Source: Eledone cirrhosa (lineage: Eukaryota). From it: a stretch of DNA of 64,000 nucleotides. A model generated the notes under the pieces. It worked only from the letters and a program-made list of their open reading frames with translations. It searched no databases and was not told the origin of the DNA. A program made the position numbers and the translations under genes. Shown in pieces: positions 57,101-64,000 of this stretch. Position 1 is the first letter of the stretch. The number at the start of each line of letters is the position of its first letter. Where the stretch lies: positions 18,414,001-18,478,000 of the forward strand of contig OZ024742.1 in the NCBI GenBank assembly GCA_964016885.1, in the 5' to 3' direction.

Positions 57101-60100
57101 GACAATAGAGACGAAGGGTTGCGACTTACTACGTCTCTTGTAATGGAGACGAAGGGTTGCGACTTACTACGTCTCTTGACAATGGAGACGAAGGGTTACG
57201 ACTTACTACGTCTCTTGACAATAGAGACGAAGGGTTGCGACTTACTACGTCTCTTGACAATGGAGACGAAGGGTTACGACTTACTACGTCTCTTGACAAT
57301 AGAGACGAAGGGTTACGACTTACTACGTCTCTTGACAATAGAGACGAAGGGTTACGACTTACTACGTCTCTTGACAATGGAGACGAAGGGTTGCGACCTA
57401 CTACGTCTCTTGACAATAGAGACGAAGGGTTGCGACTTACTACGTCTCTTGACAATGGAGACGAAGGGTTGCGACTTACTACGTCTCTTGACAATAGAGA
57501 CGAAGGGTTGCGACTTACTACGTCTCTTGTCAATGGAGACGAAGGGTTGCGACTTACTACGTCTCTTGACAATAGAGACGAAGGGTTGCGACTTACTACG
57601 TCTCTTGACAATAGAGACGAAGGGTTGCGACTTACTACGTCTCTTGACAATAGAGACGAAGGGTTACGACTTACTACGTCTCTTGTCAATGGAGACGAAG
57701 GGTTGCGACTTACTACGTCTCTTGACAATATAGACGAAGGGTTGCGACTTACTACGTCTCTTGACAATAGAGACGAAGGGTTGCGACTTACTACGTCTCT
57801 TGTCAATGGAGACGAAGGGTTGCGACTTACTACGTCTCTTGACAATAGAGACAAAGGGTTGCGACTTACTACGTCTCTTGACAATAGAGACGAAGGGTTA
57901 CGACTTACTACGTCTCTTTACAATAGAGACGAAGGGTTGCGACTTACTACGTCTCTTGTCAATGGAGACGAAGGGTTGCGACTTACTACGTCTCTTGACA
58001 GTAGAGACGAAGGGTTACGACTTACTACGTCTCTTGACAATAGAGACGAAGGGTTGCGACTTACTACGTCTCTTGACAGTAGAGACGATGGGTTACGACT
58101 TACTACGTCTCTTGGCAGTAGAGACGAAGGGTTGCGACTTACTACGTCTCTTGACAATAGAGACGAAGGGTTACGACTTACTACGTCTCTTGACAGTAGA
58201 GACGAAGGGTTGCGACTTACTACGTCTCTTGATAGTAGAGACGAAGGGTTCCGGCTTACTACGTCTCTTGACAATAGAGACGAAGGGTTGCGACTTACTA
58301 CGTCTCTTGACAGTAGAGACGAAGGGTTACGACTTACTACGTCTCTTGACAATAGAGACGAAGGGTTGCGACCTACTACGTCTCTTTACAATAGAGACGA
58401 AGGGTTGCGACTTACTACGTCTCTTGTCAATGGAGACGAAGGGTTGCGACTTACTACGTCTCTTGACAGTAGAGACGAAGGGTTACGACTTACTACGTCT
58501 CTTGACAGTAGAGACGAAGGGTTACGACTTACTACGTCTCTTGACAGTAGAGACGAACGGCTGCGACTTACTACGTCTCCTGACAATAGAGACGAAGGGT
58601 TGCGACTTACTACGTCTCTTGACAGTAGAGACGATGGGTTACGACTTACTACGTCTCTTGACAGTAGAGACGAAGGGTTGCGACTTACTACGTCTCTTGA
58701 CAATAGAGACGAAGGGTTACGACTTACTACGTCTCTTGACAGTAGAGACGAAGGGTTGCGACTTACTACGTCTCTTGACAGTAGAGACGAAGGGTTCCGG
58801 CTTACTACGTCTCTTGACAGTAGAGACGAAGGGTTGCGACTTACTACGTCTCTTGACAGTAGAGACGAAGGGTTACGACTTACTACGTCTCTTGACAATA
58901 GAGACGAAGGGTTGCGACCTACTACGTCTCTTGACAATAGAGACGAAGGGTTGCGACTTACTACGTCTCTTGACAATGGAGACGAAGGGTTGCGACTTAC
59001 TACGTCTCTTGTAATGGAGACGAAGGGTTGCGACTTACTACGTCTCTTGACAATGGAGACGAAGTGTTACGGCTTACTACGTCTTTTGACAGTAGAGACG
59101 AAGGGTTGCGACTTACTACGTCTCTTGACAATAGAGACGAAGGTTGCGACTTACTACGTCTCTTGACAGTAGAGACGAACGGTTGCGACTTACTACGTCT
59201 CTTGACAATAGAGACGAAGGGTTACGACTTACTACGTCTCTTGACAGTAGAGCCGAAGGGTTGCGACTTACTACGTCTCTTGACAGTAGAGACGAAGTGT
59301 TGCGACTTACTACGTCTCTTGACAATAGAGACGAAGGGTTACGACTTACTACGTCTCTTGACAATAGAGACGAAGGGTTACGACTTACTACGTCTCTTGA
59401 CAATAGAGACGAAGGTTTACGACTTACTACGTCTCTTGACACTAGAGCCGAAGGGTTGCCACTTACTACGTCTCTTGACAATAGAGACGAAGGGTTGCGA
59501 CTTACTACGTCTCTTGACAGTAGAGACGAAGGGTTACGACTTACTACGTCTCTTGACAATAGAGACGAAGGGTTGCGACCTACTACGTCTCTTGACAATA
59601 GAGACGAAAGGTTGCGACTTACTACGTCTCTTGACAAAGGAGACGAATGGTTGCGACTTACTACGTCTCTTGTAATGGAGACGAAGGGTTGCGACTTACT
59701 ACGTCTCTTGACAATGGAGACGAAGGGTTACGACTTACTACGTCTCTTGACAGTAGAGACGAAGGGTTACGACTTACTACGTCTCTTGACAATAGAGACG
59801 AAGGGTTGCGACCTACTACGTCTCTTGACAATAGAGACGAAAGGTTGCGACTTACTACGTCTCTTGACAAAGGAGACGAATGGTTGCGACTTACTACGTC
59901 TCTTGTAATGGAGACGAAGGGTTGCGACTTACTACGTCTCTTGACAATGGAGACGAAGGGTTACGACTTACTACGTCTCTTGACAGTAGAGACGAAGGGT
60001 TACGACTTACTACGTCTCTTGACAATAGAGACGAAGGGTTGCGACTTACTACGTTTCTTGACAATAGAAGCGAAGGGTTGCGACTTACTACATCTCTTGA

Positions 60101-63100
60101 CAGTAGAGACGAAGGGTTGCGACTTACTACGTCTCTTGACAATAGAGACGAAGGGTTGCGACTTACTACGTCTCTTGACAATGGAGACGAAGGGTTACGA
60201 CTTACTACGTCTCTTGACAATAGAGACGAAGGGTTACGACTTACTACGTCTCTTGACAATAGAGACGAAGGGTTACGACTTACTACGTCTCTTGACAATG
60301 GAGACGAAGGGTTGCGACCTACTACGTCTCTTGACAATAGAGACGAAGGGTTGCGACTTACTACGTCTCTTGACAATGGAGACGAAGGGTTGCGACTTAC
60401 TACGTCTCTTGTAATGGAGACGAAGGGTTGCGACTTACTACGTCTCTTGACAATGGAGACGAAGGGTTACGACTTACTACGTCTCTTGACAATAGAGACG
60501 AAGGGTTGCGACTTACTACGTCTCTTGACAATAGAGACGAAGGGTTACGACTTACTACGTCTCTTGACAATAGAGACGAAGGGTTACGACTTACTACGTC
60601 TCTTGACAATAGAGACGAAGGGTTGCGACTTACTACGTCTCTTGACAGTAGAGACGAAGGGTTACGACTTACTACGTCTCTTGACAGTAGAGACGAAGGG
60701 TTGCGACTTACTACGTCTCTTGACAATAGAGTCGAAGGGTTACGACTTACTACGTCTCTTGACAGTAGAGAAGAAGGGTTACGACTTACTACGTCTCTTG
60801 ACAGTAGAGACGAAGAGTTGCGACTTACTACGTCTCTTGACAGTAGAGACGAAGGGTTGCGACTTACTACGTCTCTTGACAATAGAGACGAAGGGTTGCG
60901 ACTTACTACGTCTCTTGACAGTAGAGACGAAGGGTTACGACTTACTACGTCTCTTGACAGTAGAGACGAAGGGTTGCGACTTACTACGTCTCTTGACAGT
61001 AGAGACGAAGGGTTACGACTTACTACGTCTCTTGACAGTAGAGACGAAGGGTTGCAACTTACTACGTCTCTTGACAGTAGAGACGAAGGGTTGCGACTTA
61101 CTACATCTCTTGACAGTAGAGACGAAGTGTTGCGACTTACTACGTCTTTTGACAGTAGAGACGAAGGGTTGCGACTTACTACGTCTCTTGTCAGTAGAGA
61201 CGAAGGGTTGCGACTTACTACGTCTCTTGACAGTAGAGACTAAGGGTTGCGACTTACTACGTCTTTTGACAGTAGAGACGAAGTGTTGCGACTTACTACG
61301 TCTCTTGACAATAGAGACGAAGGGTTGCGACTTACTACGTCTCTTGACAGTAGAGACGAAGGGTTGCGACTTACTACGTCTCTTGACAGTAGAGACGAAG
61401 GGTTACGACTTATTACGTCTCTTGACAATAGAGACGAAGAGTTGCGACCTACTACGTCTCTTGACAATAGAGACGAAGGGTTGCGACTTACTACGTCTCT
61501 TGACAATGGAGACGAAGGGTTGCGACTTACTACGTCTCTTGTAATGGAGACGAAGGGTTGCGACTTACTACGTCTCTTGACAATGGAGACGAAGTGTTAC
61601 GGCTTACTACGTCTTTTGACAGTAGAGACGAAGGGTTGCGACTTACTACGTCTCTTGACAATAGAGACGAAGGTTGCGACTTACTACGTCTCTTGACAGT
61701 AGAGACGAACGGTTGCGACTTACTACGTCTCTTGACAATAGAGACGAAGGGTTACTACTTACTACGTCTCTTGACAGTAGAGCCGAAGGGTTGCGACTTA
61801 CTACGTCTCTTGACAGTAGAGACGAAGTGTTGCGACTTACTACGTCTCTTGACAATAGAGACGAAGGGTTACGACTTACTACGTCTCTTGACAATAGAGA
61901 CGAAGGTTTACGACTTACTACGTCTCTTGACACTAGAGCCGAAGGGTTGCCACTTACTACGTCTCTTGACAATAGAGACGAAGGGTTGCGACTTACTACG
62001 TCTCTTGACAGTAGAGACGAAGGGTTACGACTTACTACGTCTCTTGACAATAGAGACGAAGGGTTGCGACCTACTACGTCTCTTGACAATAGAGACGAAA
62101 GGTTGCGACTTACTACGTCTCTTGACAATGGAGACGAATGGTTGCGACTTACTACGTCTCTTGTAATGGAGACGAAGGGTTGCGACTTACTACGTCTCTT
62201 GACAATGGAGACGAAGGGTTACGACCTACTACGTCTCTTGACAATAGAGACGAAGGATGCGACTTACTACGTCTCTTGACAATAGAGACGAAGGGTTGCG
62301 ACTTACTACGTCTCTTGACAGTAGAGACGAAGGGTTACGACTTACTACGTCTCTTGACAATAGAGACGAAGGGTTGCGACCTACTACGTCTCTTGACAAT
62401 AGAGACGAAGGGTTGCGACTTACTACATCTCTTGACAATGGAGACGAAGGGTTGCGACTTACTACGTCTCTTGTAATGGAGACGAAGGGTTGCGACTTAC
62501 TACGTCTCTTGACAATGGAGACGAGGGGTTACGACTTACTACGTCTTTTGACAGTAGAGACGAAGGGTTGCGACTTACTACGTCTCCTGACAATAGAGAC
62601 GAAGGGTTGCGACTTACTACGTCTCTTGACAGTAGAGACGAAGGGTTACGACTTACTACGTTTCTTGACAGTATAGCCGAAGGGTTGCGACTTACTACGT
62701 CTCTTGACAGTAGAGACGAAGTGTTGCGACTTACTACGTCTCTTGACAATAGAGACGAAGGGTTACGACTTACTACGTCTCTTGGCAATAGAGACGAAGG
62801 GTTACGACTTACTACGTCTCTTGACAATAGAGACGAAAGTTTACGACTTACTACGTCTCTTGACAGTAGAGCCGAAGGGTTGCGACTTACTACGTCTCTT
62901 GACAATAGAGACGAAGGGTTGCGACCTACTACGTCTCTTGACAATAGAGACGAAGGGTTGCGACTTACTACGTCTCTTGACAATAGAGACGAAGATTTGC
63001 GACTTACTACGTCTCTTGACAATAGAGACGAAGGGTTGCGACTTACTACGTCTCTTGACAATAGAGACGAAGGGTTGCGACTTACTACGTCTCTTGACAG

Positions 63101-64000
63101 TAGAGATGAAGGGTTACGACTTACTACGTCTTTTTGACAGTAGAGACGAAGGGTTGCGACTTACTACGTCTCTTGACAGTAGAGACGAAGGGTTGCGACT
63201 TACTACGTCTCTTGACAGTAGAGACGAAGGGTTACGACTTACTACGTCTCTCGACAATAGAGACGAAGGGTTGCGACCTACTACGTCTCTTGACAATAGA
63301 GACGAAGGGTTGCGACTTACTACGTCTCTTGACAATAGAGACGAAGGGTTGCGACTTACTACGTCTCTTGACAATGGAGACGAAGGGTTACGACTTACTA
63401 CGTCTCTTGACAATAGAGACGAAGGGTTGCGACTTACTACGTCTCTTGTAATGGAGACGAAGGGTTGCGACTTACTACGTCTCTTGACAATGGAGACGAA
63501 GGGTTACGACTTACTACGTCTCTTGACAATAGAGACGAAGGGTTGCGACTTACTACGTCTCTTGACAATGGAGACGAAGGGTTACGACTTACTACGTCTC
63601 TTGACAATAGAGACGAAGGGTTACGACTTACTACGTCTCTTGACAATAGAGACGAAGGGTTACGACTTACTACGTCTCTTGACAATGGAGACGAAGGGTT
63701 GCGACCTACTACGTCTCTTGACAATAGAGACGAAGGGTTGCGACTTACTACGTCTCTTGACAATGGAGACGAAGGGTTGCGACTTACTACGTCTCTTGAC
63801 AATAGAGACGAAGGGTTGCGACTTACTACGTCTCTTGTCAATGGAGACGAAGGGTTGCGACTTACTACGTCTCTTGACAATAGAGACGAAGGGTTGCGAC
63901 TTACTACGTCTCTTGACAATAGAGACGAAGGGTTGCGACTTACTACGTCTCTTGACAATAGAGACGAAGGGTTACGACTTACTACGTCTCTTGTCAATGG
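53718..64000. repeat. Near-identical tandem duplication, period 6,308 bp (162 monomers, net -10 bp), junction near 60,025; second copy cut by the window end
   Basis: Matching ORFs offset by 6,308: 54092/60400, 54932/61240, 55338/61646, 56154/62462, 57129/63437. 162x39-10=6,308. Confidence 0.9.

Larger units (their letters stand above)
1..64000. repeat. 39-bp tandem satellite array, about 1,640 head-to-tail monomers, consensus CTTACTACGTCTCTTGACARTAGAGACGAAGGGTTRCGA; runs off both window ends
   Basis: Seen directly: the same 39-mer recurs on every line in one orientation (e.g. 39-77, 78-116). All ORFs show a 13-aa period (LRLTTSLDNRDEG, DLLRLLTIETKGC, SRNPSSLLSRDVV). Most monomers differ from consensus by 0-2 bases. 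Confidence 0.99.
38790..64000. repeat. Array domain B (right): higher-order blocks of mainly 49/44, 29, 16 and 25 monomers (1,910/1,715, 1,130, 622 and 975 bp)
   Basis: Diagnostic variants TTGAGAGTAG, GAAAATTT, AGAAGCG, GACTAAG, GACACTAG and GTGTTACGG first appear after 39 kb, and I did not see them in domain A. Confidence 0.85.

Noticed and set aside
5-63997. Dozens of long ORFs (up to 1,827 aa) on both strands
   Set aside because: They result from a stop-free 39-bp unit. Three overlapping frames are open at once, there are no unique domains, starts are mostly in-repeat TTG codons, and frameshifts are freely tolerated. None is called as a CDS.
1-64000. CRISPR array (hairpin-containing repeat of CRISPR-like length)
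   Set aside because: There are no unique spacers, since the sequence between hairpins is constant, and no leader or cas genes.
1-64000. Satellite-encoded hammerhead ribozyme, as in newt, schistosome and cave-cricket satellites
   Set aside because: The CUGANGA core and a correctly placed GAAA are absent from the consensus on both strands.
1-64000. Synthetic construct or rolling-circle sequencing concatemer
   Set aside because: Variants are inherited in nested, hierarchical blocks with domain-specific alleles, which fits natural array evolution and not random read error or design. Exact copy numbers of the large duplications still need read support.

Overview
The whole 64 kb window is one uninterrupted head-to-tail tandem array (satellite DNA) of about 1,640 copies of a 39-bp monomer, consensus CTTACTACGTCTCTTGACARTAGAGACGAAGGGTTRCGA (about 44-49% GC, 3 CpG per monomer). 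I see no unique sequence, transposon insertion, strand switch, RNA gene or credible protein-coding gene. The long ORFs arise because 39 is a multiple of 3 and three of the six frames lack stops. Each monomer holds a hairpin (CGTCTCT-TGACART-AGAGACG) and two common A/G dimorphic sites. Rare variant monomers reveal higher-order structure: about 52 copies of a 38-bp 'GTAATGG' marker monomer, two domains with different diagnostic variants (switch near 37.5-39 kb), and recent near-identical tandem duplications of 5,884, 4,949, 3,625 and 6,308 bp. The most unusual signal is a variant monomer whose changes keep the hairpin paired, plus both common polymorphisms being silent in one minus-strand frame. 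I cannot identify the organism or the satellite family. A eukaryotic (peri)centromeric or subtelomeric satellite is my inference, and no function is shown. All counts and coordinates were read by eye from the sequence and ORF track.
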